From NCBI GenBank assembly GCA_900546365.1, contig URCF01000006.1, positions 18,294-82,293 on the forward strand: 64,000 nt of DNA, read 5' to 3'. This document shows, piece after piece, positions 50,418 to 59,332 of the stretch. The position numbers and the translations under genes are program-made. Source of the stretch: an uncultured Porphyromonadaceae bacterium. GTDB lineage: Bacteria; Bacteroidota; Bacteroidia; Bacteroidales; Muribaculaceae. Below the pieces are notes generated by a model that did not search any database, was not told where the DNA came from, and was given only the letters and a program-made list of their open reading frames with translations. Position 1 is the first letter of the stretch; every line of letters begins with the position of its first letter.

Positions 50418-51685
50418 TCAGGCACAATTCTAACGTGAGCCTTGGGGTGACGGAGCACAAGACAGCTTGCCTCAGTGACCACAAGAGCATCCACATTGCG
50501 CACACCGCTCTTCTTGAGGTCAAGATGCTCCACCTTGAACGGCACATGCACATACTTGGTCATATACTCCGGGTCGATAATCATACCGCTGCTCTCCATG
50601 CCACACTGGTCGAAAATCTCGGCATGGACCACATAGAGAGTGCCGAACTTCGAGCGTATCTCCTGAAAATCAATACCCCAGCGGGTGGTGGATTGTGATG
50701 CGCCCACTACACGGGTATATTCCAGATTGTTGATAGCCTCGATGAGCGCCGATCCGGCCACCAGCACCTTCTTGTTGCTCCCCGCGGCATCGCCGGTGAA
50801 AGCCGTGCGCATGATACGCACGAGGTCGGCCATCGTAAAATTCTCGTAATCAATCGACTCCTCGGAACCCGCCTGCATCCATATGCCCTGGGTGAACAGC
50901 ACTTCGTCCATCTTGCGCGGATCGGTGATACGCGCTTTGGTGCCGAACAGGAAATTTTTCTCCATGCCCATGCGCATATCCATAATAGCCACCTCTTCCT
51001 GATCGTTGAAGCTCCACCCCACCTCCTTGGCCGAAAGCTTGGCGAAAGTGCTCTGCTCGATCTGAGCCTTGAAAATCTGACAGAAGTTGGTTGACTTCTT
51101 GGGAAGTGCCTCATACTGGGGTGTCTGCACATCAAGCTCGGCGGCGGCACGCCCCATCCTCACAAGACGCTTGCCGAGGTTGATACCCTCCACCACGGAA
51201 GTTTCATTGCCGGCAGCGTTGAGAATCACCACCTTGAGGCCATTGTCAGTTTTGTCCATCACATAGAGCTGAACGCTGCCGGTGCTTTTGCCGTTGGCAT
51301 CTTTTCCATACACCGAAGGTACGAGGATGGTTTCGGTAGCTGAGAAGAGATTGTCGTTGTCGGTTTTGAGCAGATATATAGCAAGCCCGGCCATATCACC
51401 ATCTGTACCGGCGGTCATGCTTTTGGAGCGGGACGACACCGCCTTGGAGTCAACGGAGTAGTACTCTACCACCATCGACTTGGCATTGCGGGCACCCACC
51501 ATTCGCGAAATCTGGTCGATAGGAGTGGCCATGGGGCGCACTTTCACCACGCGCTTGTCGATTTCACTGAGCAGCAGGTCGGGCGAGCCTTCACGGATGG
51601 CAGGAGTGGTGAGGGGACCGTCCACCAGATGCGCACCGCCGTTGGTGCCTGTCACAATTTTAGGATCTTGATTCATCATGTTCAT
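50414..51685 (-). CDS. Phage major capsid protein (DUF5309/SU10-like, HK97 fold)
   Basis: 423 aa; RPMATPIDQISR, VRMGRAAAELDVQT, NFCQIFKAQIEQST, DMRMGMEKNFLFG, TQGI, SKFGTLYVVH, EASCLVLRHPKAH. Confidence 0.85.
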   Translation of the reverse strand: MNMMNQDPKIVTGTNGGAHLVDGPLTTPAIREGSPDLLLSEIDKRVVKVRPMATPIDQISRMVGARNAKSMVVEYYSVDSKAVSSRSKSMTAGTDGDMAGLAIYLLKTDNDNLFSATETILVPSVYGKDANGKSTGSVQLYVMDKTDNGLKVVILNAAGNETSVVEGINLGKRLVRMGRAAAELDVQTPQYEALPKKSTNFCQIFKAQIEQSTFAKLSAKEVGWSFNDQEEVAIMDMRMGMEKNFLFGTKARITDPRKMDEVLFTQGIWMQAGSEESIDYENFTMADLVRIMRTAFTGDAAGSNKKVLVAGSALIEAINNLEYTRVVGASQSTTRWGIDFQEIRSKFGTLYVVHAEIFDQCGMESSGMIIDPEYMTKYVHVPFKVEHLDLKKSGVRNVDALVVTEASCLVLRHPKAHVRIVPE

Positions 51686-51729
51686 AGCTTGGTTGTTAAA
51701 AAAGTTGATTGGATTGATTTAATTGACAA

Positions 51730-52104
51730 TCAGTCCCATACACCGGGACGGATTTTTGAGAGAAACCCACATGCGGGGTCGGGGGCCGTTTCGCGGTCCA
51801 TGGCCGTGCGGCGGGGATTTTCCCACAAACCGGGAGTGTTCATGGAGATTTCGGCCAGTTCATTGCGACCGCGAAGATAGCCACGCGCTTCGGCCTCGGC
51901 CACAAGCCTGTTGACCTCCTGGCGCTCCACAACATCGGGTGCGGGAACGGCGGGCACCGGGGCGGTCGGTGCGGATTCAGGGGAGGAATCAGCGGGGGCG
52001 GCAGTGACCTGTGGTTCCGGTGCCGAAGCGGCGGGTTCGGGGGGAGTAGGGGTTGGAGCGGTGGACAAAGTATCCACAGCTTCGTCAGTGTTTTTCTTTT
52101 TCAT
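51730..52104 (-). CDS. Putative capsid scaffold protein (Pro/Ala-rich, 124 aa)
   Basis: Immediately upstream of the capsid gene; disordered N-half then helix AEAEARGYLRGRNE; start trimmed to 52104, downstream of the promoter. Confidence 0.6.
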   Translation of the reverse strand: MKKKNTDEAVDTLSTAPTPTPPEPAASAPEPQVTAAPADSSPESAPTAPVPAVPAPDVVERQEVNRLVAEAEARGYLRGRNELAEISMNTPGLWENPRRTAMDRETAPDPACGFLSKIRPGVWD

Positions 52105-52149
52105 CAGATAAGAATTAAAGGTTAGGAAAGATGTGTGTTGGTTTTGTGA

Positions 52150-52184
52150 TGGCAAAGATACATTGGCAAAAACACCATTGTCAA
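52150..52184 (-). promoter_or_regulatory. Main promoter P1 of the phage-head module
   Basis: Minus strand TTGACAATGGTGTTTTTGCCAATGTATCTTTGCCA; TATCTTTG at 52153-52160, TTG 21 nt upstream. Confidence 0.7.
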
Positions 52185-52243
52185 GTGCTTTTGCTATTTT
52201 TAACAATTAGAGATTTGTCTAACCGGACCTATTTTTTTGATTG

Positions 52244-53596
52244 TCAGAGGGTGCGGATGCGCCAGTTGGCGGGATAAAGATTGTTGGCGCGGTTGCCGAG
52301 GTTTTTCACAAAGCCGAGCGGCAACGACCGGTATGTGAGCAGAACGAGGCCTCGCGGAGAATCCTCCGGAAGCTGAATCGCCTCGCGGCGCAGATAGTTG
52401 AGAGCCATGTCGAGGTCAATTTCAACTTCGGCAAATGCCCCCCGATGGAGCATCATGCTCATGGCCAGCTCCTGGGTGGGGATAAGCGAACGACCCTTGA
52501 CAACGGCTACCGGGATGCGCGGGCGCAGAGTGTCGTCAGATTGATATCCGGATGGTGTGGCGAAGATTGTGTCGCCGTCATATTCCAATGCAGGCTGATA
52601 TTGCGGGTCAAGCCAATGCTTGAGTTCCCGGGCGGCATCCGGCAGAGTGGTGCTCCGTCCCTGGCGGTGCTTGGAAGAGCCGCCTCGCCGGGTGGCGTCG
52701 TCGTCATGCGGTTTGCGCAAAACGGCCATGAAAAGCCCTTCGCCACGCAGCAGATGCGGAAAAAACCGGTATGCCGGGAAGGAATCGTCCAACGCCGGAT
52801 GTATGCCCCAGCCATCAGGCACGGCGACATGAACCGGCTCGGCACCGTAGCGGCTTGCCATATGCCGGAGAATATCCTCATTCTCCTCGCGGTTGAAGGT
52901 GCATGTGCTGTAGATCAGATACCCGCCGGGGCGAAGCGCGGGCCATAGATTGCTGATGATTTCGCGCTGGCGGTCGGCACATTGCCCAACAAGCGCGGTG
53001 CTCCATTGCGCAACTGCTTCGGCATCCTTGCGCATCATCCCCTCGCCGGAGCACGGCACATCGGCGGCAATGATGTCAAACCGCCGGGGATGGTCAAGAA
53101 ACTGCCCGGTGGAGCCTTGGGTGACACAGACATAAGGATAGCCCCATTTGGAGAGGTTTTCACGCAATATGGCGGCGCGGCGCGGGTCGTACTCATTAGC
53201 CACCACGCGGCTTCCCATCGGCAGTGCCGAGATGGCCGCTGTGGTTTTGCCACCGGGAGCGGCGCAGGCATCAAGATAATCCACCGGTCCATCCAGCCCC
53301 AGCTGCCCGATGACATAGGCTATGAACATCGAGGAGGCATCCTGCACATAGTAGCGCCCTTGATGAAAAGCGGGGTCGAGAGTGAACTGCGGACGCTGCC
53401 CGAGATACTCCCCCATGGCGCACCACGGCACAAGGTCGGCACCGGCGGCGGGAGCGCCACCCTTGAGCGGGTTGTGGCGCACCGACACCACAGGGTCGGT
53501 GGAGCTCAAAGCCTGAACCAGAGCCGTAGCCAATCCGCTGTCCACCTCGGCAAGGCGTTGGGTGAACAGCGGCGGGATATTGCGTGAGGCACTCAT
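52244..53596 (-). CDS. RsmB/RsmF (NOL1/NOP2/sun) family rRNA cytosine-C5 methyltransferase
   Basis: YYVQDASSM, LDACAAPGGKT, DVPCSGEGMMRKD, YSTCTFNREENE, NNLYPANWRIR. Confidence 0.94.
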   Translation of the reverse strand: MSASRNIPPLFTQRLAEVDSGLATALVQALSSTDPVVSVRHNPLKGGAPAAGADLVPWCAMGEYLGQRPQFTLDPAFHQGRYYVQDASSMFIAYVIGQLGLDGPVDYLDACAAPGGKTTAAISALPMGSRVVANEYDPRRAAILRENLSKWGYPYVCVTQGSTGQFLDHPRRFDIIAADVPCSGEGMMRKDAEAVAQWSTALVGQCADRQREIISNLWPALRPGGYLIYSTCTFNREENEDILRHMASRYGAEPVHVAVPDGWGIHPALDDSFPAYRFFPHLLRGEGLFMAVLRKPHDDDATRRGGSSKHRQGRSTTLPDAARELKHWLDPQYQPALEYDGDTIFATPSGYQSDDTLRPRIPVAVVKGRSLIPTQELAMSMMLHRGAFAEVEIDLDMALNYLRREAIQLPEDSPRGLVLLTYRSLPLGFVKNLGNRANNLYPANWRIRTL

Positions 53597-54573
53597 CAGA
53601 TTGAGAGACGGCGGAGAGTCTCGAGGAGGTTGCGGTTGATAGGTTTGTCGTTTTTGATGGCTTTGGTGAACGGCACATACACGATCTCATCGTTGCGGAT
53701 ACCGATCATCACATTGCGCTGGTCATCGAGCAGAGCGTCGATGGCGGCCGCGCCCATACGCGAGGCAAGGATACGGTCGTGGGCTGTGGGGCTTCCACCG
53801 CGCTGGAGGTGACCGAGGATAGACACACGCACATCATAGCCGGGATACTCAGTCTTCACACGCTCTGCCAAGCCCATGGCACCGCCGGTAACGGGGCTTT
53901 CGGCCACAAGCACAATAGAGGAGTTTTTGCTCTTGCGGAAGCCATTCTGTATAAGTTCGGCCAGCTGGTCCACCTGAGTGCTGATCTCGGGGATAATGGC
54001 AGCTTCGGCACCGGAAGCGATAGCGCCGTTTAGAGCCAGGAAGCCGGCATCGCGACCCATCACCTCAATGAAGAACAGGCGCTCGTGGCTGGTGGCTGTG
54101 TCGCGGATTTTATCTACACATTCCATGATGGTGTTGAGAGCGGTATCGTAGCCGATGGTGGTGTCAGTGCCGTAGAGATCGTTGTCAATAGTGCCGGGCA
54201 GACCGATGATGGGGAAATTGAACTCCTTGGCAAAGATGCGTGCACCGGTGAGCGAGCCGTCACCGCCAATCACCACGAGAGCATCGATTTCGTGACGCCT
54301 CATGTTGTCATACGCGAGCTGGCGGCCTTCTGGTGTCTGGAACTCAGGACAGCGGGCGGTCTTGAGGATTGTGCCACCCATCTGTATGATGTTGGACACA
54401 TTTTGAGTTTTGAACTCCTGAATCTCATCGGAAATGAGTCCTTTGTAGCCACGGTAGATACCTTTGACCTTGAAACCGCTGAAGATGGCCGAGCGGGTGA
54501 CGGCGCGGATGGCGGCATTCATGCCGGGGGCATCGCCACCGGAAGTGAGAATACCAATGCACTTGATGTCCAT
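53596..54573 (-). CDS. pfkA: ATP-dependent 6-phosphofructokinase
   Basis: [42 protein letters not shown]. Confidence 0.97.
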   Translation of the reverse strand: MDIKCIGILTSGGDAPGMNAAIRAVTRSAIFSGFKVKGIYRGYKGLISDEIQEFKTQNVSNIIQMGGTILKTARCPEFQTPEGRQLAYDNMRRHEIDALVVIGGDGSLTGARIFAKEFNFPIIGLPGTIDNDLYGTDTTIGYDTALNTIMECVDKIRDTATSHERLFFIEVMGRDAGFLALNGAIASGAEAAIIPEISTQVDQLAELIQNGFRKSKNSSIVLVAESPVTGGAMGLAERVKTEYPGYDVRVSILGHLQRGGSPTAHDRILASRMGAAAIDALLDDQRNVMIGIRNDEIVYVPFTKAIKNDKPINRNLLETLRRLSI

Positions 54574-54575
54574 AA

Positions 54576-55094
54576 CTATAAATTGAGGGTGTTTACTTGA
54601 TCTAAAACATATTTGGAGGCACCACGCCAAGGGAGGGTGCCGAAATATTTCTTATAGCGGATGTTCACCGGTTTGCCCGACCCCTGGAGTCGCTGGAGAT
54701 GATTGACAAGAGCGGGGTCTGCCACGGAGAAAGAGAGGTTGTGGGAATAGATGCGGGTAGTGTCGGTGAGGGCAGATTCCGACACCACATCCACCTCGTA
54801 GGTTTTGAACACCACCCCGCGCTTCTCCACCGCCGTCACATACCCTTTGACATGGCAGTCGGTGGCGTAGGGGTTGAGATAGCGTATCCAGAACGCTGCG
54901 GCGAGAATCACCACCGCACACACAATGGTCCACCCCACCAGCCTGCGCAAGCGGGAGTGGCGTGGCTTGGATACCGGCGCCACAGAGTCGTTGCCGAACG
55001 ATATCACGGGTCGCTGCTGCGAAGCCTGCTCATCCGCAGGAGTCCCTTCCTCGGTGAAATAGTCGGGTTTGTTATCGTCAATCAGCATCGGCAT
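54576..55094 (-). CDS. Hypothetical single-TM membrane protein
   Basis: One TM segment then [14 protein letters not shown]...FSV...LPWRGAS; within the operon. Confidence 0.75.
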   Translation of the reverse strand: MPMLIDDNKPDYFTEEGTPADEQASQQRPVISFGNDSVAPVSKPRHSRLRRLVGWTIVCAVVILAAAFWIRYLNPYATDCHVKGYVTAVEKRGVVFKTYEVDVVSESALTDTTRIYSHNLSFSVADPALVNHLQRLQGSGKPVNIRYKKYFGTLPWRGASKYVLDQVNTLNL

Positions 55095-56157
55095 GGAGTT
55101 TGTTTCGCCGCTTTCCGGCAGCAATGCACACGAAAGTGAATATCCCAAGAAGTATCAGGAGCATGGTTTGCGAACCCATCACAAGGTTGGCAAACGACAC
55201 CCTGTAGGTGTATGTGAGCTCGGGGATGGAGGCAGCATAGATGCCGAGCCCCCACACTATGGCATACTGCCACGGACCGAGGCCGCCGTTGCTGGGCACT
55301 CCCATGGCAATGCTCGAGAGCACGAAGCACACCAGCACCGCCACAATGCCGTAGTCGCCCACCACCTGCGCGGTGGCCGGAAACGCGAAGAACGCCACGA
55401 AAAGCTGCATGAAGTAACACCCCCAGATGCAGAATGTGAGCAACAGCCATCGCCCTTTGCCGGGCATGGTGGCAATGACTGCAAACCCGGCCCAAAGCCC
55501 CTTGCAGAAATCCTTGATTTTGACAATCAGCATATTGTTGGGCATCGAGCGGAACACCACCACCACGGCTCCCACCGCAAGGATGACGCCAAGCCACAGC
55601 CATGGACTGGTCATGATGTCCATCAGATGCTCGAATGTAGTGCTATTCTGCATCAGATACTCTCCGAGAGCCGAACCAGCGAGCACGAACGTGATGGCGG
55701 TGAGCAGCGCCACAGTCACCGTGTCGGCAAGTCGTTCGGCCACCATCGAGCCAAACACTTCGGTGAACGAGGCTTTCTGACGCTGGGCTATATAGGTGGT
55801 GCGCCACAGCTCGCCGAGCCTCGGGAGCACAAGATTGACAGCGTATGTGCCGAATATGCTGAGAGTCAAAACGAACAGCGGCACCTTGATATTGAGAGCC
55901 TTGAGCTGTATGCTCCAGCGCATAGCCCTGAAAATGTGGGAGAAGATGCTGATGAAGAGTGCGAGAACTATCCACCAGTAGTTGCAATAGTTGCGGATGA
56001 TGGAAGCCATTTCGTTGACATCCACGCCGGTGAGCAGCAGATAGCATAGTCCGACGGTGATGATGAGTGGCACTCCGTATTTCATGAAATACGACAGCAC
56101 CTTCTTGAATCCTGAGTGCTGCGCGGGAGCAGTTGCTGATGAATCGGAAATAGCCAT
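55078..56157 (-). CDS. Lysylphosphatidylglycerol synthase TM / flippase-like membrane protein
   Basis: SHIFRAMRW, NLVLPRLGELWR, GSMVAERLAD, VPSNGGLGPW. Confidence 0.88.
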   Translation of the reverse strand: MAISDSSATAPAQHSGFKKVLSYFMKYGVPLIITVGLCYLLLTGVDVNEMASIIRNYCNYWWIVLALFISIFSHIFRAMRWSIQLKALNIKVPLFVLTLSIFGTYAVNLVLPRLGELWRTTYIAQRQKASFTEVFGSMVAERLADTVTVALLTAITFVLAGSALGEYLMQNSTTFEHLMDIMTSPWLWLGVILAVGAVVVVFRSMPNNMLIVKIKDFCKGLWAGFAVIATMPGKGRWLLLTFCIWGCYFMQLFVAFFAFPATAQVVGDYGIVAVLVCFVLSSIAMGVPSNGGLGPWQYAIVWGLGIYAASIPELTYTYRVSFANLVMGSQTMLLILLGIFTFVCIAAGKRRNKLHADAD

Positions 56158-56226
56158 AAATCTGCAGGTGATGAATGTTACGCCTGCAAATATACAAAGA
56201 ATTTATAAATGTTTATAAATATTGCG

Positions 56227-56775
56227 TCATATCCCCAGACGCACGCCCACCTTGGCCACGCCCTGTATGCCATATCCAGCTTCGGCAAATAGCCCCAGAT
56301 GGGGTGTGACATCATACTGCACTCCTATCGGACTTACCTGAAATCCGAAGCGGGTAGAGTTGTAACCCGGCTCCCACTGCGGGCTCATGTAGGCGATGAG
56401 CACCCCCACGCCAAGGTGGCTGTAGAGCGTGAGTCCGCCGCGGGAATACCATTCGTAGCGGGCATTGACCAGCAGGCCGTGCCATGTGACATCACCGCCA
56501 TACTGCTGCCACACATTGTCGGCTGAGGATGAGGATATGGTGTACCCCATTCCTATCCACAGCTTTGGAGCGAAACGGTGGTCGATGGTGAAGGAGAATG
56601 TGCCCCAGGAATGGTTCATGCCGTTCCAATGGTTGGAGTAGGCGGGTATATGTTCCATGGCACTTTCGGCACCGTAACCAACGGAAATTTCGGTATCACG
56701 GGCGGAGGCGCCCGACGGGGCAGCAACGGCAGCAAGCATGGCCAAGCCAATAGCAATTAGGGAATACGATTTCAT
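56227..56775 (-). CDS. Small outer membrane beta-barrel protein
   Basis: Signal peptide, EISVGYG, GFQVSPIGV, FAEAGYGIQG. Confidence 0.8.
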   Translation of the reverse strand: MKSYSLIAIGLAMLAAVAAPSGASARDTEISVGYGAESAMEHIPAYSNHWNGMNHSWGTFSFTIDHRFAPKLWIGMGYTISSSSADNVWQQYGGDVTWHGLLVNARYEWYSRGGLTLYSHLGVGVLIAYMSPQWEPGYNSTRFGFQVSPIGVQYDVTPHLGLFAEAGYGIQGVAKVGVRLGI

Positions 56776-56855
56776 TTCGGAACGATTTTTAGCACTAATT
56801 TTTAATTATAACAACTAAAAGGTGTGAATTGTGCCGATTGTAGCGATTAAAGTTT

Positions 56856-56863
56856 TATATTTG
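56856..56863 (+). promoter_or_regulatory. -7 promoter box of the fuc/nan operon
   Basis: TATATTTG about 45 nt upstream of fucI. Confidence 0.65.
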
Positions 56864-56908
56864 CAATTGCAATACGAGACAAATCTAATTACCAAAAACA
56901 ATACCAAT

Positions 56909-58684
56909 ATGAACAAGTACCCCAAAATCGGTATCCGCCCCACCATTGACGGTCGTCAGGGTGGCGTGCGAGAAAGCCTTGAAGAAAAAACCATGAGTCT
57001 GGCCAAAGCTGTGGCGCAACTGATCAGCAGCAATCTGCGCAACGGCGACGGCTCCCCGGTGGAATGCGTGATTGCGGACACCACCATAGGCCGTGTGGCC
57101 GAAGCCGCCGCCTGTGCCGAGAAATTCGAGCGCGAGGGCGTTGGCGCCACCATCACCGTCACCTCCTGCTGGTGCTACGGCTCCGAAACAATGGATATGA
57201 ATCCGCATTGGCCCAAGGCTGTGTGGGGGTTCAACGGCACAGAGCGTCCCGGCGCGGTATATCTGGCAGCCGTGCTCGCCGCCCATGCCCAGAAAGGGTT
57301 GCCCGCCTTTGGCATCTATGGCCGTAATGTACAAGACCTTGACGACAACACCATTCCCGACGATGTAGCCGAAAAACTGTTGCGGTTTGCCCGCTCTGCC
57401 ATGGCTGTGGCACGGATGCGCGGCAAGAGCTACCTGTCGATAGGCAGCATGTGCATGGGTATAGCAGGATCGATTGTTGACCCCAATTTCTTCCAGGAAT
57501 ATCTGGGCATGCGCAACGAGTCGGTGGATGAAACTGAAATCCTGCGCCGCATGGAGGAAGGAATCTACGACCATGAAGAGTATGCCAAAGCCATGGCGTG
57601 GACCGAAAAATATTGCAAGGTAAACGAGGGCGAGGATTTCAAAAACCGTCCCGAAAAGCGCAAAAGCCGCGAGGAAAAAGACAAAGACTGGGAGTTTGTG
57701 GTGAAGATGATGCTCATTGTCCGCGACCTCATGACCGGCAACCCCAGGCTCAAAGAGATGGGATTCAAGGAAGAGGCACTGGGTCACAACGCCATAGCCG
57801 GCGGATTCCAGGGTCAGCGTCAATGGACCGACTGGAAACCCAACGGCGACTACACCGAAGCGCTGATGAACACTTCGTTTGACTGGAACGGCATCAGGGA
57901 AGCATTTGTGCTCGCCACCGAGAACGATGCCTGCAACGGCGTGGCGATGCTGTTTGGCCACCTGCTCACCGGCACCGGTCAGCTCTTCTCGGATGTGCGC
58001 ACCTACTGGAGTCCCGAGGCTGTGAAACGCGTCACCGGCAAAGAGCTCACAGGCCGTGCCGCAGGCGGTATCATCCACCTCATCAACTCCGGCGCCACCA
58101 CCCTAGATGCCACAGGCGAAAGCCTCAACGATGCCGGTGAGCATTGCATGAAGCCTTCGTGGGAGATGACTGAAAAAGATATGGAAGCGTGCCTGAAAGC
58201 CACCACCTGGTACCCCGCTGACAGAGACTATTTCCGCGGCGGCGGCTTCTCTAGCAATTTCCTGAGCCACGGCGGTATGCCGGTGACCATGACGCGCCTC
58301 AACCTTGTGAAAGGACTCGGTCCGGTGCTCCAGATCGCTGAAGGGTGGACCGTGGAGATAGACCCCGAAATCAACAAGGCTCTCGACATGCGCACCGACC
58401 CCACATGGCCCACCACATGGTTTGTGCCCCGTCTGTGCGACAAGCCGGCGTTCAAGGATGTGTACTCGGTGATGAACAACTGGGGTGCCAACCATGGTGC
58501 CATCTCCTACGGCCATATCGGCCAGGACCTCATCACCCTGGCTTCCATGCTCCGCATTCCGGTGTGCATGCACAATCTGGACGACGACAAGATTTTCCGT
58601 CCCTCGGCATGGAACGCCTTCGGCATGGACAAGGAAGGCTCGGACTACCGCGCCTGCAAGAATTACGGACCTATCTATAAATAA
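56909..58684 (+). CDS. fucI: L-fucose isomerase
   Basis: [43 protein letters not shown]. Confidence 0.97.
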   Translation: MNKYPKIGIRPTIDGRQGGVRESLEEKTMSLAKAVAQLISSNLRNGDGSPVECVIADTTIGRVAEAAACAEKFEREGVGATITVTSCWCYGSETMDMNPHWPKAVWGFNGTERPGAVYLAAVLAAHAQKGLPAFGIYGRNVQDLDDNTIPDDVAEKLLRFARSAMAVARMRGKSYLSIGSMCMGIAGSIVDPNFFQEYLGMRNESVDETEILRRMEEGIYDHEEYAKAMAWTEKYCKVNEGEDFKNRPEKRKSREEKDKDWEFVVKMMLIVRDLMTGNPRLKEMGFKEEALGHNAIAGGFQGQRQWTDWKPNGDYTEALMNTSFDWNGIREAFVLATENDACNGVAMLFGHLLTGTGQLFSDVRTYWSPEAVKRVTGKELTGRAAGGIIHLINSGATTLDATGESLNDAGEHCMKPSWEMTEKDMEACLKATTWYPADRDYFRGGGFSSNFLSHGGMPVTMTRLNLVKGLGPVLQIAEGWTVEIDPEINKALDMRTDPTWPTTWFVPRLCDKPAFKDVYSVMNNWGANHGAISYGHIGQDLITLASMLRIPVCMHNLDDDKIFRPSAWNAFGMDKEGSDYRACKNYGPIYK

Positions 58685-58693
58685 CCTTCCGCC

Positions 58694-59332
58694 ATGATAA
58701 CATCACAGCTTATAGATCTTTTTGTAGCGCAAGCCCGGCGCATTGGAAACCACGGCCTTACCATCTGCTCGTCGGGCAACCTCTCGTGGCGCGTGGGCGA
58801 TGAAGCCATCATCTCGGGCACCGGCTCATGGGTGCCCGAGCTCACCGCCGACAAGGTGTCGGTGTGCAGGGTGAGCGACGGCATGGTGCTCAACGGTGTG
58901 AGGCCGTCGATGGAGTCCACATTCCACCTCGGTGTGCTCCGCGCACGCCCTGATGTGAATGTGGTGCTGCATTTCCAGAGCCCCTACGCCACAGCCGTGG
59001 CTTGTATGGACAAGCGTCCGAATAATTTCAATTTCACCGCTGAGATGCCTCTGCATGTGGGCGAGGAGATTCCGGAAGTGCCATATTTCCGGCCCGGAAG
59101 TCCCGAGTTGGCCGAGCATGTGGTAGCCGCCCTCAAGGAGCATAATTCGTGCCTGCTGCTCAAGCACGGGCAGGTGGTGTGCGGCAAAGATTTCAACCAG
59201 GCTCTCGAGCGGGCCATGTTCATGGAGATGGGCTACCGCATTGCGGTGCTCAACGGCTCCAATGTCAATCCGCTCACCCAAAGCGAAATCAACAATCTTG
59301 AAGCTTACTTTTTAGGCAAGCAGGGCAAATGA
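58694..59332 (+). CDS. fucA: Class II aldolase, L-fuculose-1-phosphate aldolase by context
   Basis: SSGNLSWR, PSMESTFH, VVLHFQS, LLKHG. Confidence 0.85.
   Translation: MITSQLIDLFVAQARRIGNHGLTICSSGNLSWRVGDEAIISGTGSWVPELTADKVSVCRVSDGMVLNGVRPSMESTFHLGVLRARPDVNVVLHFQSPYATAVACMDKRPNNFNFTAEMPLHVGEEIPEVPYFRPGSPELAEHVVAALKEHNSCLLLKHGQVVCGKDFNQALERAMFMEMGYRIAVLNGSNVNPLTQSEINNLEAYFLGKQGK

Noticed and set aside
47897..52206. Complete or inducible prophage, or PICI-type satellite
   Set aside because: No integrase, terminase, primase, tail or lysis genes and no att repeats seen; only head genes are present.
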